Shown here: piece by piece, positions 1-9,704 of the stretch
Numbering within the stretch: the stretch's first letter is position 1
How the letters are laid out: each line of letters opens with the position of its first letter
DNA from: Candidatus Woesearchaeota archaeon
GTDB lineage: Archaea; Nanobdellota; Nanobdellia; Woesearchaeales; ARS49
DNA length: 64,000 nucleotides
Direction: 5' to 3'
Assembly: GCA_016203225.1 (NCBI GenBank)
Contig: JACQNC010000006.1
Location: forward strand, 8,552-72,551
Program-made: the position numbers and the translations under genes
The notes under the pieces: generated by a model
What the model was told of the DNA's origin: nothing
The model's database searches: none
The model's input: the letters and a program-made list of their open reading frames with translations, nothing else

Positions 1-108
1 CCGGCGGAATCCCGCAAGCTCTCCCACGCGGACGCCCACAACGCGTTCGTGCGCTGGATACTCCTCCTCATCGCCATCGCGTTCCTGCTGAACATCTTTG
101 TCAGATAG
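1..108 (+). CDS. 3' end of an upstream gene (partial), hydrophobic C-terminal tail
   Basis: Frame 1 is open from the window edge to TAG at 106-108. The tail FVRWILLLIAIAFLLNIFVR looks like a TM helix. No family recognised. Confidence 0.3.
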   Translation, partial: PAESRKLSHADAHNAFVRWILLLIAIAFLLNIFVR

Positions 109-126
109 TTGTTTCCGCGTGTCGAA

Positions 127-594
127 ATGCTTATGAAGCGGCAGGATCCCTCGCAGACCATGCCTACAGCGACACAGGATCCGGACCTTAAATTCTTGAA
201 GGCGCTTGACAAGAAAGTGCGACATTACGAGAAATGCACGTCCACCAGGCGAGGCTATCCTGAAGTGGTCGATGTCGAGGAATTCGACGACACAAAGCTC
301 ACCAAAAGCGAGCTGGAACGGCTGCTCAAGATAGTGCGGGAGCGCAAGCTCATCCTGACACCGATGAACTGCAACATGGGCTTCTCTGTCGGATTCGAGG
401 TGTTCCAGGGGATCGAAAACGCGCCAGGACTGCGAGATACTGAGAGCGTCTTGCGCTTCCGCGAAAAACAGCTGCCCGCCGGCTACACCTTCGCAACGCT
501 CGCCCGCACGTTCATGGCAGATGACAACCGCCAACGCGCGGACTACTTCGGATTGGAGACCATCCTGAACGACCGCGATCGCTACGACTACTAG
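127..594 (+). CDS. hypothetical protein
   Basis: ORF 109..594 begins with TTG; the first ATG is at 127. Non-repetitive protein-like sequence, no family recognised. Confidence 0.4.
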   Translation: MLMKRQDPSQTMPTATQDPDLKFLKALDKKVRHYEKCTSTRRGYPEVVDVEEFDDTKLTKSELERLLKIVRERKLILTPMNCNMGFSVGFEVFQGIENAPGLRDTESVLRFREKQLPAGYTFATLARTFMADDNRQRADYFGLETILNDRDRYDY

Positions 595-599
595 CAACG

Positions 600-607
600 T
601 TTAAATA
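600..607 (+). promoter_or_regulatory. TATA box (TTTAAATA) upstream of ppsA
   Basis: TTTAAATA lies about 34 nt upstream of the ATG at 638. It matches the TTTAWA pattern seen upstream of most genes in this window. Confidence 0.45.
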
Positions 608-637
608 TCCCCGGACGTCTTTCTCTACCTGAAAAAG

Positions 638-3043
638 ATGGTGTCCCGCGACAAACAGCTAGTTCTCTGGTTCGACGAACTCGGCATCGAGGACATACCG
701 TTGGTAGGAGGCAAGAACGCGTCCTTGGGCGAGATGTACCGCACCCTCACGAGCAAAGGCGTCCGCGTGCCGAACGGGTTCGCCATCACGGCGCACGCAT
801 ACCGGACGTTCCTCGCAGAAGCGGGCATCGAGGACGAGATGCGCGACGCGTTACGCGGACTGAACACGAGCAACATGCGCCAGCTCGCGGAAGCCGGCAG
901 AAAGGTGCGCGAGCTCCTCATCCACTCGGAATTCCCATCGGACCTACGGGACGCGATAATCGAGGCATACCACAAGTTGTGCAAAGAATACGGACCGAAC
1001 ACCGACGTCGCGGTACGCTCGTCAGCGACGGCCGAGGACCTGCCGGACGCGAGCTTCGCGGGCCAGCAGGAGACGTTCCTCAACATCAAAGGCCCGGACG
1101 ACCTCATGGAGGCATGCAGGAAGTGCTTCGCGTCGTTGTTCACTAACCGCGCGATATCTTACCGCGCAGAGAAGGGCTTCGATCACTTCAAGGTCTATCT
1201 CAGCATCGGCGTGCAGAAGATGGTCCGCTCTGACCTCGCGTGCTCTGGAGTCATGTTCACGCTCGACACCGAGACAGGGTTCCCTGACGCGTGCTTCATC
1301 ACGGGCTCATGGGGCTTGGGCGAGAACATCGTGCAAGGCGCGGTGAACCCGGACGAGTTCTTCGTGCACAAACCTACGCTCAAGCAAGGATTCCGGCCGA
1401 TAATCAACAAAGTGCTGGGCGAGAAGACGATCAAGATGGTCTACACCCAGGAAGGGACGCGCACGACCAAGAACGTAGACGTGGACGTCAAGGATAGGAG
1501 ACGATTCTGCCTCACAGACGACGAAGTCTTAGAGCTCGCGCGATGGGGGACGATAATCGAGGACCACTACACCGCGAAGAAGAAGCGATGGAGCCCGATG
1601 GACATCGAGTGGGCAAAGGACGGCAGGATGGACCAGCTATTCATCGTGCAGGCCCGCCCCGAGACGATACACAGCCAGAAGAACCGCAACATAATCGAGG
1701 ACTACATACTCCAACAGAAAGGGAAGGTCCTCGCGCAAGGCAAGAGCGTCGGCAACAAGATAGGCGCAGGCACCGCGCAGGTCATCCGCGACGTGAAAGA
1801 GATCGACCGCTTCAGGCCCGGTGACGTGCTCGTCACCGAGATGACCGACCCGGACTGGGTCCCGATAATGCGCGTCGCGAAAGCTATCGTCACGAACAAA
1901 GGGGGCAGGACTTGTCATGCTGCGATTATCTCGCGCGAGCTCGGCATCCCGTGCGTCGTGGGCACGAACGACGCGACAGAGCATATCCGTTCAGGAAAGA
2001 AAGTCACGGTCTCGTGCGCCGAAGGCGAGGAAGGGCGCGTGTACGAAGGCATCCTGAAGTTCGAGAAGCGCGTAATCAACGCGGCCAACCTGCCCCGACC
2101 GAAGACGAAGATAATGATGAACGTCGGCAACCCGGACGAGGCGTTCGACCTCTCGTTCATCCCGAACGACGGCGTCGGCCTCGCAAGAATGGAGTTCATC
2201 ATCACCAACAGCATCAAGGTCCACCCGATGGCGCTAATCCATTTCGACACCATCACCGAGCCGCGCCTGCGAGCCCAGATAGAGGAACTCACGCACGGCT
2301 ACAAGGAGAAGACCGACTTCTTCGTGGACAAGCTCAGCCAGGGCGTCGCCACGATCGCGGCGGCGTTCTATCCGAAGGACGTCATCGTTCGCATGAGCGA
2401 CTTCAAGAGCAACGAGTACGCCGGACTGGTGGGCGGCATGATGTTCGAGCCCAAAGAGGAGAACCCGATGATAGGCTGGCGCGGCGCCTCCCGATACTAC
2501 AAGAAAGGCTACCAGGAAGGGTTCGCGCTCGAATGCAAAGCCATGAAGAATGTCCGTGACGTCATGGGGCTCACGAACCTGAAACTCATGATCCCGTTCT
2601 GCCGCACCGTGACCGAAGGAAAGAAAGTTCTCGCAGAGATGGCCAAGCACGGATTGGTAAGGCACAAGAACGGATTGCAGGTCTATGTGATGTGCGAGAT
2701 CCCCGCGAACGTCGTGCTCGCGGAGCAGTTCGGCGAGATATTCGACGGGTTCAGCATCGGCTCGAACGACCTCACACAATTGACGCTCGGCGTCGACAGA
2801 GACAGCGCGCTCGTGGCCGACGTGTACGACGAGCGCAACGACGCCGTGAAATCGTTGATAGCGCACGTCATCACGGTGTGCAAGAAAATCAAGCGCAAGA
2901 TAGGCATCTGCGGACAAGCTCCGAGCGACTATCCGGATTTCGCGCAATTCCTTGTCAAGCACCACATAGACAGCATCTCTCTCAACCCGGACAGCGTCGT
3001 CAGGACGATACCGAAGATCCTCGCGATCGAACGAAGGCGATAA
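638..3043 (+). CDS. ppsA: phosphoenolpyruvate synthase (pyruvate, water dikinase)
   Basis: 801 aa. N-terminal ATP-grasp region, phosphohistidine swivel motif GGRTCHAAIISRELGIPCVVG, and a C-terminal PEP-utilising TIM-barrel region (MCEIPANV, GFSIGSNDLTQL). Confidence 0.93.
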   Translation: MVSRDKQLVLWFDELGIEDIPLVGGKNASLGEMYRTLTSKGVRVPNGFAITAHAYRTFLAEAGIEDEMRDALRGLNTSNMRQLAEAGRKVRELLIHSEFPSDLRDAIIEAYHKLCKEYGPNTDVAVRSSATAEDLPDASFAGQQETFLNIKGPDDLMEACRKCFASLFTNRAISYRAEKGFDHFKVYLSIGVQKMVRSDLACSGVMFTLDTETGFPDACFITGSWGLGENIVQGAVNPDEFFVHKPTLKQGFRPIINKVLGEKTIKMVYTQEGTRTTKNVDVDVKDRRRFCLTDDEVLELARWGTIIEDHYTAKKKRWSPMDIEWAKDGRMDQLFIVQARPETIHSQKNRNIIEDYILQQKGKVLAQGKSVGNKIGAGTAQVIRDVKEIDRFRPGDVLVTEMTDPDWVPIMRVAKAIVTNKGGRTCHAAIISRELGIPCVVGTNDATEHIRSGKKVTVSCAEGEEGRVYEGILKFEKRVINAANLPRPKTKIMMNVGNPDEAFDLSFIPNDGVGLARMEFIITNSIKVHPMALIHFDTITEPRLRAQIEELTHGYKEKTDFFVDKLSQGVATIAAAFYPKDVIVRMSDFKSNEYAGLVGGMMFEPKEENPMIGWRGASRYYKKGYQEGFALECKAMKNVRDVMGLTNLKLMIPFCRTVTEGKKVLAEMAKHGLVRHKNGLQVYVMCEIPANVVLAEQFGEIFDGFSIGSNDLTQLTLGVDRDSALVADVYDERNDAVKSLIAHVITVCKKIKRKIGICGQAPSDYPDFAQFLVKHHIDSISLNPDSVVRTIPKILAIERRR

Positions 3044-3044
3044 G

Positions 3045-3476
3045 ATGCCTAAGGAGATCGACAAATTGTTCGAGAAGGAGCAGGACGTCTCCAAGCACCT
3101 GAAGGACGTCGGCGTCATCCTTCTCGACCTCTCGGATTCTGTGCAGGAGAAGCTCACCGACAAGGACACGGGCGACGTGAAAGGCCTGCTCGCGACGTTC
3201 ACGATGAACTGCCAGGCCATGATAGAGGACATCACCGAATCAGAGGCGGTCCTGAAAGGCGTACGCGCCAAACAGGTCACGGTCAAAGACACCACAACGG
3301 ACACCGCCGAACTGAAGCTGCACCTGTCGGAAGTCAAGCAGTCGTTGAACAAGCTGCTCAAGAGCGCCAACGAATTCCTCTCAGCAAAGAACCGCGACCT
3401 CGTGTTCCAAGAGATGAACAAGGATTATTCTGATGTGTTAGGTTCGTTGACAGAATTGATGGCCGAGAGCGTCTGA
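3045..3476 (+). CDS. hypothetical coiled-coil protein, translationally coupled to ppsA
   Basis: The ATG is 1 nt after the ppsA TAA (TAAGATG). 143 aa, rich in K, E and L, helical-looking. No family recognised. Confidence 0.45.
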   Translation: MPKEIDKLFEKEQDVSKHLKDVGVILLDLSDSVQEKLTDKDTGDVKGLLATFTMNCQAMIEDITESEAVLKGVRAKQVTVKDTTTDTAELKLHLSEVKQSLNKLLKSANEFLSAKNRDLVFQEMNKDYSDVLGSLTELMAESV

Positions 3477-3520
3477 TAGCGAATCGCACCACATTCGTCC
3501 GAGAATCAATGCGATTTGCT

Positions 3521-4552
3521 CTAAGTCTTCTTCGTGAGCCTGAAGCTACCAGCGGATATCTGCGACGAACCGCCCTCGAAGGTGCCTATGCCGGAATAGC
3601 TGCCGGTCATCGTGTCGGTGGTGAGCGTAGCCGTGAACGGAAGTTCATAGCTCAAATCCGCATCCGATACCCGCATCGCGCCCGAGAGCGTGTCGCCCTC
3701 GATGGTGCCGGACACGGTCCCGGACAGGTGGTACGAGCCGCCTTCGCAGTACACGTCGCTGCTCGACTGGCTAGTCGCCGAAGAGACCCCTGAATCATCG
3801 ACGGTGCCGCTGAACGCGCCGTCCTTCTCGGTCAGCGCGAGCGTCAATGTCCCCTCATTGCTCGTGATGCAATACTCGGACGTCTCTGTCTCGCCGTACG
3901 CGCCAATCCACGTGCCTTCGAGCTGTATGCCTTCCTCGACGGTCACAACGACGTGACCGCATTGCTGGTAGCGCAACTTGTCAGTCACGCATACGCCCAT
4001 GGTGTATTCTCCTGCCCTGCTCGGCTTGCCCACTATGTGCCCGTTGATGTCGATGATCGTGCCGAACGGCGGAGCGCCTTCCCGGAACGTGTCGGATTGG
4101 AAGCCGTACGGAGGATTCCCGCCTGAAGCTGTCGCGATCTCCTCGTCGCACTGCTGGTCGAGGATGCATGTCGCTGGCACCGTGATGAGCTGCAACGTGT
4201 TCGCCGCGATAAGCCTGATGGTGAGCGATACCTGCGCCTGCGCCCCTGCGCTGTCCGTGACAGTGATCGTGAACGGAGGGGACTCGCTTTTCGACGTTCC
4301 TGGCGACAATCGTGCCATGCCACCGATCGTCCCGTCAGGGCCGAGGTTGAATCCGTCAGGCAGCGTTCCCGAGAAGGTGTAAGGCGGCACGCCGCCAACG
4401 ACGTCCAACTTGTAAGTCGCGGCTCCCGGCGCTTCCCATTGCGGAAGCTCGGTCGTCCGGATCTGCAACGCGCCGCCGGTCGCGCCCTGTCCGCCGCACG
4501 CCGCGATGAACACCAGCGCAGCGACGAGAACCACCAAAAGACCTCCTTTCAT
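3521..4552 (-). CDS. secreted or lipid-anchored protein with two putative Ig-like (He_PIG-type) domains
   Basis: N-terminal signal with a Cys (MKGGLLVVLVAALVFIAACGG). Repeated VVGGVPPYTF...LPDGFNLGPDGTIGG and ASGGNPPYGF...GTIIDINGHIVG motifs are typical of the putative Ig domain family. A TATA (TAATATAAAC on the - strand) lies about 25 nt upstream. Confidence 0.6.
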   Translation of the reverse strand: MKGGLLVVLVAALVFIAACGGQGATGGALQIRTTELPQWEAPGAATYKLDVVGGVPPYTFSGTLPDGFNLGPDGTIGGMARLSPGTSKSESPPFTITVTDSAGAQAQVSLTIRLIAANTLQLITVPATCILDQQCDEEIATASGGNPPYGFQSDTFREGAPPFGTIIDINGHIVGKPSRAGEYTMGVCVTDKLRYQQCGHVVVTVEEGIQLEGTWIGAYGETETSEYCITSNEGTLTLALTEKDGAFSGTVDDSGVSSATSQSSSDVYCEGGSYHLSGTVSGTIEGDTLSGAMRVSDADLSYELPFTATLTTDTMTGSYSGIGTFEGGSSQISAGSFRLTKKT

Positions 4553-4596
4553 GACAGGCTCTTTTGCGCGGACGTTTATATTAGTTGTGCTGAAGC

Positions 4597-5571
4597 TTAT
4601 GCCTCAACAACCGTCATCTTCCTCGTCAGCGTCTTGTGCAAGTAGTTCGTGAACTCGCCGAGCAGCTTAAGCTTCGCCTTCTTCAGCAACGCATGATGGT
4701 CGACGAAGTGCGGGAACACCACGACCGCGCGCGTCTTGAGGTTCCTCTTCAGCCGTTTGAGGAATGCTAGATAGAGTTTCGGCAACTCCTTGCCTTTCGT
4801 GTTCAAACCGTACGGCAGGTCAGTCACGACATAGTCGACTTTTGTTTTGAACTTCGTCGCGTCTGCAACCGAAAGTTTCGCTTTGAGCTTGAACGCTTTG
4901 AGGTTCTTCTTCGCCTTCTCGATCATAGTTGATTCGATGTCCGCACCAACTATCTTGAAACCCAACAGCCCGGCCTCCAGCAGGATCCCGCCTGCGCCGC
5001 AGAACGGGTCCACGATCGTGCCTTTCGTCGCACCGGTGAGGTTCACCAGCGCTCGCGCCAATCGCGGCTGCATGCCCGACGGGTGCAGCGCAGGCCTGAG
5101 ATGCGGCCGTCGCGCGAAGAACGGCGCCGGATCGATGGTGCCCGTGCGCTTGCCGCACACCACCAAATCGTCGAAGAAGAACAGCTCGAACCGCGTCACA
5201 GGATGAGTGAGGTCGACCTTCGGCTTCTTCAGATTCTCCCAGATGTGGCTCGCCAGCGCAGCGGTGTTCTGTTCAACGGCGTGGTGCAGATCGAGCTTGA
5301 AGCTCTTCCTGTAATGCTTCTGCCAGTCGAACGCGTCCATAGTCGGAGCAAGCTCCTCGGCAGGGCACGCGAACAAAAATTCATACGTCGCACGCGTCAG
5401 CGCGAGGCGCTTGTGCAAGTCCTTCGCGTCGGTATCTACTATCAACAAGTCCTTGATGCGCGTCGCCTGTGTCGGTTTCGACAACGCGATGACTTCAGCG
5501 CAGGCCAGAGAGAGGTTGTCCTGCAGCAAACGGAAGAATTGCCTCACGGCGAAAGCCTCGCGCTCCGGCAC
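4597..5571 (-). CDS. THUMP-domain RNA methyltransferase, Trm11/TrmG10-like (tRNA m2G10)
   Basis: 324 aa. SAM-binding motif DPFCGAGGILLEAGLLG and catalytic DLPYG, preceded by a THUMP-like N-terminal half. Confidence 0.7.
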   Translation of the reverse strand: MPEREAFAVRQFFRLLQDNLSLACAEVIALSKPTQATRIKDLLIVDTDAKDLHKRLALTRATYEFLFACPAEELAPTMDAFDWQKHYRKSFKLDLHHAVEQNTAALASHIWENLKKPKVDLTHPVTRFELFFFDDLVVCGKRTGTIDPAPFFARRPHLRPALHPSGMQPRLARALVNLTGATKGTIVDPFCGAGGILLEAGLLGFKIVGADIESTMIEKAKKNLKAFKLKAKLSVADATKFKTKVDYVVTDLPYGLNTKGKELPKLYLAFLKRLKRNLKTRAVVVFPHFVDHHALLKKAKLKLLGEFTNYLHKTLTRKMTVVEA

Positions 5572-5679
5572 GTTGCTCGACTGTCTGCACGCATCATTCT
5601 TTTACCCATCGTCGGTCGCAACGCGGTCCTGCTGGTCAACATCAGCCTCGCCTCCGCGCTCAGAAATTGGCTTTCGCCT

Positions 5680-6204
5680 TCACCGTTTCTTCTTCACGGC
5701 GCGCTTGGCCCATTTGTTGATGAACCACAGCACGACGAAGAACACGATGAGCATAAGCCCGAAGCCGATCTTGGTGCGCGCATATTCCCAGTAGCTCACT
5801 GTCGCTCCGAACGCGGTGACGACAGCGCCGAAGAAGATGCCCATACGAACGGCCTCCATCCACGGCACGAGCGCTGCGATGAGCAGGATGATGAGGTTGA
5901 ATCCAGTTATGGCCGCGTACTTCCAGCCGTTGTACTCGTTGCGCGCCTCATTCCAGACCTTCTCCTCCGCGCGCATGCGGGCGTTGCACTCATTCTCAGT
6001 CTTACGCTGCTCTTCCGAAATCTGTTGCTGCTCAACCGCGGTGAGCTTCTCGCTCGGAGGGTAAGAGCCATAACAGTTCTCGCTAGGTTGGAAGTAGCCT
6101 TCGGAACCCGTGTATTTCGGGAAGAAGACGTTTGCGCCCAGGAAAACCATGGGCACGTAGAGCAGTGCGATGACCAATACGTAGAGGAGTTTTGTCCAGT
6201 CCAT
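5680..6204 (-). CDS. hypothetical membrane protein
   Basis: Several hydrophobic helices around a charged coiled segment. The ATG at 6204 is 26 nt from a TATA-like CATAAATAG (- strand), so I prefer it to the TTG at 6216. Confidence 0.45.
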   Translation of the reverse strand: MDWTKLLYVLVIALLYVPMVFLGANVFFPKYTGSEGYFQPSENCYGSYPPSEKLTAVEQQQISEEQRKTENECNARMRAEEKVWNEARNEYNGWKYAAITGFNLIILLIAALVPWMEAVRMGIFFGAVVTAFGATVSYWEYARTKIGFGLMLIVFFVVLWFINKWAKRAVKKKR

Positions 6205-6306
6205 GCATGTCTTCAACGACGCCTGCTATTTATGCTTTGCTTAGCTCTGTTTTAGTAGTGAAAAAAAGTGGAAATACTTATATATTGAAAGAAATATGTT
6301 TTGCCC

Positions 6307-6621
6307 ATGCCCCGCGGCAGACCAATCAAGTCCCAGATCCGTCAGAACATAATCGAGATCCTCAACGTGATGGGTCGCGGATACGGGTACGAGATCCACA
6401 AGATCTACAAGGAGATCTTCCCCGAATGCACGCGCGAAGTCGTGTACTACCATCTCAAGAAAGGCGTGCAGCTCGGCGAGTTCGCCATCGATGAGGTCAA
6501 GCAGGAGCACGGCAACTACTCCTGGGGCGGGATCGTCGAGAAGACGTACTACAAACTCGGACAGAACGCCAAGCCGGCCGGCGACAGCAGAGTCAAGGAA
6601 TTCTTCGATCGCAGGAAATGA
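6307..6621 (+). CDS. small winged-helix DNA-binding protein (PadR-like fold suspected)
   Basis: 104 aa. RGRPIKSQIRQNIIEILNVMGRGYGYEIHKIY...VYYHLKKGVQLGE resembles a wHTH regulator. TATA CTTATATATTG lies about 25 nt upstream of the ATG at 6307. Confidence 0.5.
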   Translation: MPRGRPIKSQIRQNIIEILNVMGRGYGYEIHKIYKEIFPECTREVVYYHLKKGVQLGEFAIDEVKQEHGNYSWGGIVEKTYYKLGQNAKPAGDSRVKEFFDRRK

Positions 6622-7052
6622 AACTCGACATCATCTGCGTGGGAAAACTCAAGGAGAAGTTCACCCGCGAATGGATCGAAGAATACCTCAAACGCCTTAC
6701 GAAATACTGCCGCATCGACGTCAGCGAGATCAAGGAGAGCACTGAAGCCCGCGAGGGAGAGGAGCTCCTGAAGCGAGTCCGCGATGACGACTTCGTGGTC
6801 GTCCTGGACGCGCACGGCAAACAGTTCACCTCGGAACAATTCGCGAACCTGCTGAAAGAGAAGACGCTCGAAAGGCACGTCGTGTTCATCGTAGGCGGAC
6901 ACACCGGACTCGCGATGCCTGTCATCAAGCGCGCGAACACAATCCTGAGCTTCGGCGAGATGACCTTCACGCACCAGATCGCGCGACTCCTCCTCCTCGA
7001 ACAAGTCTACCGCGCGTTCACCATCATCAAGGGCGAGCCCTACCACAAATAG
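6618..7052 (+). CDS. rlmH: 23S rRNA (pseudouridine-N3)-methyltransferase RlmH (SPOUT)
   Basis: 144 aa. MKLDIICVGKLK...FIVGGHTGL...LSFGEMTFTHQIARLLLLEQVYRAFTIIKGEPYHK is the RlmH signature. ATGA overlap with the upstream gene. Confidence 0.85.
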   Translation: MKLDIICVGKLKEKFTREWIEEYLKRLTKYCRIDVSEIKESTEAREGEELLKRVRDDDFVVVLDAHGKQFTSEQFANLLKEKTLERHVVFIVGGHTGLAMPVIKRANTILSFGEMTFTHQIARLLLLEQVYRAFTIIKGEPYHK

Positions 7053-7619
7053 TCAGACCGCGATGCGCATCCGCGAACGGTATTGCTGCGCGTCCTCTGC
7101 GGTGTACGGAACGAACTTGGCTTGCGCCTGCCAGAAATAGAACGGGTCGATGATGCCCGGCGCGAGCCGCTGCCAGTCAAAGACCATATCTACGAGCGCC
7201 CTATCTCCTGAGATGAACGCCACCGGCTGGAGCCGCCCGAGCGTGAACGCGAGAGACGCGAGCTTCACGTCGGTCCTGCGCCCGCTCAGGTCCTTCGGGA
7301 TGATGCCGCGGCGCGCCGCCTCTTGCTCTAGCAGATTGTACCATTCACGGTACTCGTTCTGCACCGGCGTGATGTCATAACAGCTCGCCTCGACGTTGCG
7401 GATCAACTCGCGTGATTCCCTGTTCCAGAAATGGCGCTGCGCCTCTTCGAGCACAGGACGCACGGTCACGAATTCCTGGCGAGCCAGTTCGCGTCGGACA
7501 GTCCTCCGGTATGCGCGCTGGATATCAGGGGACGCGTGGGTTGCCTCTAGAATAGACGTGTCGAATACTATGCGGTCGTAACCTGCAGTCACGACCTCGC
7601 CAAGGGTGATTGACGGCAC
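7053..7619 (-). CDS. hypothetical protein, possible PIN-like nuclease fold
   Basis: IVFDTSIL near the N-terminus, later acidic positions (LEEA, TDVKLASLA, ISGDRAL) spaced as in PIN domains. Weak, by eye only. Confidence 0.4.
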   Translation of the reverse strand: MPSITLGEVVTAGYDRIVFDTSILEATHASPDIQRAYRRTVRRELARQEFVTVRPVLEEAQRHFWNRESRELIRNVEASCYDITPVQNEYREWYNLLEQEAARRGIIPKDLSGRRTDVKLASLAFTLGRLQPVAFISGDRALVDMVFDWQRLAPGIIDPFYFWQAQAKFVPYTAEDAQQYRSRMRIAV

Positions 7620-7678
7620 CTTGGGATAGACAGAAGGGATGACGCACTCTTAAACTTTCGTAATCACAATTCAGGGAC

Positions 7679-8374
7679 TCATTTCGGACCTTTCAGTACC
7701 TGCCTGAGGAATCCGAGCAACGCGTACGACTCACGCTTGCTCATGAACAGCTTGCCCACGATCCGCCTCCACAAGAGGCGCTGCGTCTCGCGCTTCGTGT
7801 CCGTGCGGAACGCATACCTCTCCAGTATCTCATCGATGTACTTCAGCGCGACGCGCCGCTCGGCAGGAGTGATGGGCTTGATGTCCTCCGCGACCTTGGT
7901 CTCGCCGTACGCGTCGAACAGCTCGTAAAGCACGATGGCGACGGCGTGGCTGATGTTCATCGAGTGGTACTTCTTGTGCGTCGGGATCGTGACGACGAAA
8001 TCGCACTTATCGATCTGCGCGTTCGTCAAACCAGGACCCTCGGGACCGAACACGAGCCCGATCCTCCCGTTCATCTTCCCTTCGAGCAGCGAGACCAACT
8101 CCTTCGGGCTCACGGGGCTGCGAGGGATGTTCGAGTCCGTGCCGAGCGCCGAGGTCGTCGCGATCAGATAATCCAGCTTCGGCAACGCATGCACGACCTT
8201 CGCCGCGCGGAGGATGTTCCGCGCATGCTTGCTCCTGCCCTGCGCCTCCTCGGAAAGATGGTCGCATTTCGGGCTGACGAGCACGAGCTCATCGAACCCG
8301 AAATTCGCCATCACGCGCGCGACGGCGCCGATGTTGCCCGGCACCGAAGGCTCGATGAGGATTACGGATATCAT
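7679..8374 (-). CDS. SpoU/TrmJ-type tRNA/rRNA 2'-O-methyltransferase
   Basis: MISVILIEPSVPGNIGAVARVMANFGFDELVLVSP plus a C-terminal SPOUT knot (VTIPT...SMNISHAVAIVLYEL). Start moved from 8416 to the ATG at 8374, which matches family N-termini and removes the overlap with the upstream gene. Confidence 0.75.
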   Translation of the reverse strand: MISVILIEPSVPGNIGAVARVMANFGFDELVLVSPKCDHLSEEAQGRSKHARNILRAAKVVHALPKLDYLIATTSALGTDSNIPRSPVSPKELVSLLEGKMNGRIGLVFGPEGPGLTNAQIDKCDFVVTIPTHKKYHSMNISHAVAIVLYELFDAYGETKVAEDIKPITPAERRVALKYIDEILERYAFRTDTKRETQRLLWRRIVGKLFMSKRESYALLGFLRQVLKGPK

Positions 8375-8405
8375 GGAAGAAACTGCCAAAAGGCCGCTTA
8401 AAAAC

Positions 8406-9638
8406 TTAGCGGACAAAACCCACGATGAGGTTCACGATGACCATTCCGAGGATGGCCATGCTCACTCCTTTCCAGATGCGCATGCCGCCGCTAGGACTTC
8501 CGGTGAGACGCTCCAACGCGAGCTTCAGCATCCTACCGCCGTCGATCGGGCCGAGCGGGATGAGGTTGAACAGGCCGATGCCGATGCTCAGGATGAACAC
8601 CCAGATGATAAGGCTGATGAAGAACAGGAGCGTCTGCACGCCGAGTTCACCGTACTTCGCGAGCGCGTCCTGCGCGTATTCCGTCGCGGTGCTGAACCCT
8701 ATGCCGAGATAGCCGCGCGTCGCGTCCTCGGGATGCTCTCCGAGCAGGATCTGCACATCGCGGTCGCCGATCGAAAGCGTCACCGCCTCGTTCGGCTTCA
8801 AGGACGTGATGCGCTCCAGGGTCCTGTCGCGCTCACTCACAGGGATGCCGTCCACGGCGGTGATCTTGTCACCGATCGCGAGCCCTGCGCGGAACGCGGG
8901 GCTGTTCGGCTCTATCTTGTTGACCTCGAAATGCGAGAACGTGATGAGCGATGTCCCGACCTCGGTGACGTCGAATATCGCCGTCCTGCTCGTGACGTCG
9001 TAAGGTATCAACGGAGAGGCGTCGATGCCGAACAGGAACACCATCGCGACGGCCATGAAGATGTTCGCGACCGGTCCCGCGGCAAAAACCGAAAGCTGCT
9101 GGCTCGCGGGGCGCTTCACCAATTGCTTCTCGTCAGGCTCCACGAAAGCCGCAGGGATTACCGGCACCAGCGCGGCCAGGAACGCGAAGCCCGAGCTCTT
9201 GACAGTGATGTTGTGCGCTCGCGCCAGCACGCCATGCGCGAACTCGTGGATGACCGCGATGACGAATATGCTGATTATCCAATAAGCGAAAGGCACGAAG
9301 AACACGCCCTTGGCCTCGAACGGCAGCACGGGCTGGATCCCCGGAGCGGCCTCGGGCGTGAGGAACAACATCAACGTGCTCTTGACCAACTGATAAGTGA
9401 TGAGCGCCATCCCGAGGAAGCCGATTACTATCGACGCGTACCCGAACCACTGCATCAGCCTCCGGAACCGCGAACCGAACCAGTCCATCAGCCCGATGCC
9501 CCAGGTCGTCCTGAGCATGACAAAATATAGTAACGGCCCTAGAAGCTTCTGGACGATTATCCTCTTGCGGAACACCCACAAGACGGCAGACATGATGACT
9601 ATGAATACTACCGCGAGCGCAGCGTGGATGCTCACCAT
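8406..9638 (-). CDS. site-2 protease (M50 family) with PDZ domain
   Basis: 410 aa polytopic membrane protein with HEFAHG (HExxH). A PDZ-like segment (NSPAFRAGLAIGDKITAVDGIPV) and a downstream LNLIPLGPIDGG motif. Confidence 0.75.
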   Translation of the reverse strand: MVSIHAALAVVFIVIMSAVLWVFRKRIIVQKLLGPLLYFVMLRTTWGIGLMDWFGSRFRRLMQWFGYASIVIGFLGMALITYQLVKSTLMLFLTPEAAPGIQPVLPFEAKGVFFVPFAYWIISIFVIAVIHEFAHGVLARAHNITVKSSGFAFLAALVPVIPAAFVEPDEKQLVKRPASQQLSVFAAGPVANIFMAVAMVFLFGIDASPLIPYDVTSRTAIFDVTEVGTSLITFSHFEVNKIEPNSPAFRAGLAIGDKITAVDGIPVSERDRTLERITSLKPNEAVTLSIGDRDVQILLGEHPEDATRGYLGIGFSTATEYAQDALAKYGELGVQTLLFFISLIIWVFILSIGIGLFNLIPLGPIDGGRMLKLALERLTGSPSGGMRIWKGVSMAILGMVIVNLIVGFVR

Positions 9639-9668
9639 CTTTTTCAGAAACCGTTACTCGTCCTTGCC

Positions 9669-9676
9669 TATTTAAG
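9669..9676. promoter_or_regulatory. TATA-like element (TATTTAAG / CTTAAATA), possibly bidirectional
   Basis: It lies about 34 nt upstream of the S2P ATG (9638, - strand). It lies about 33-36 nt upstream of the start of repeat copy A on the + strand. Confidence 0.4.
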
Positions 9677-9704
9677 CCTTACTCGCGTCGCCGTCCTTGC
9701 ATTT

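Noticed and set aside
2234-3421. 395-aa - strand ORF overlapping ppsA, plus similar long antisense or alternate-frame ORFs at 5083-6255, 8214-9530, 12146-13327, 41202-42422, 45130-46113 and 62104-63033
   Set aside because: Each overlaps a gene with unmistakable family motifs (PEP synthase, S2P, aRF1, SMC, GatE and others). Their translations are Arg/Ala/Ser/Pro-biased with no motifs. They are expected artefacts of high GC content.
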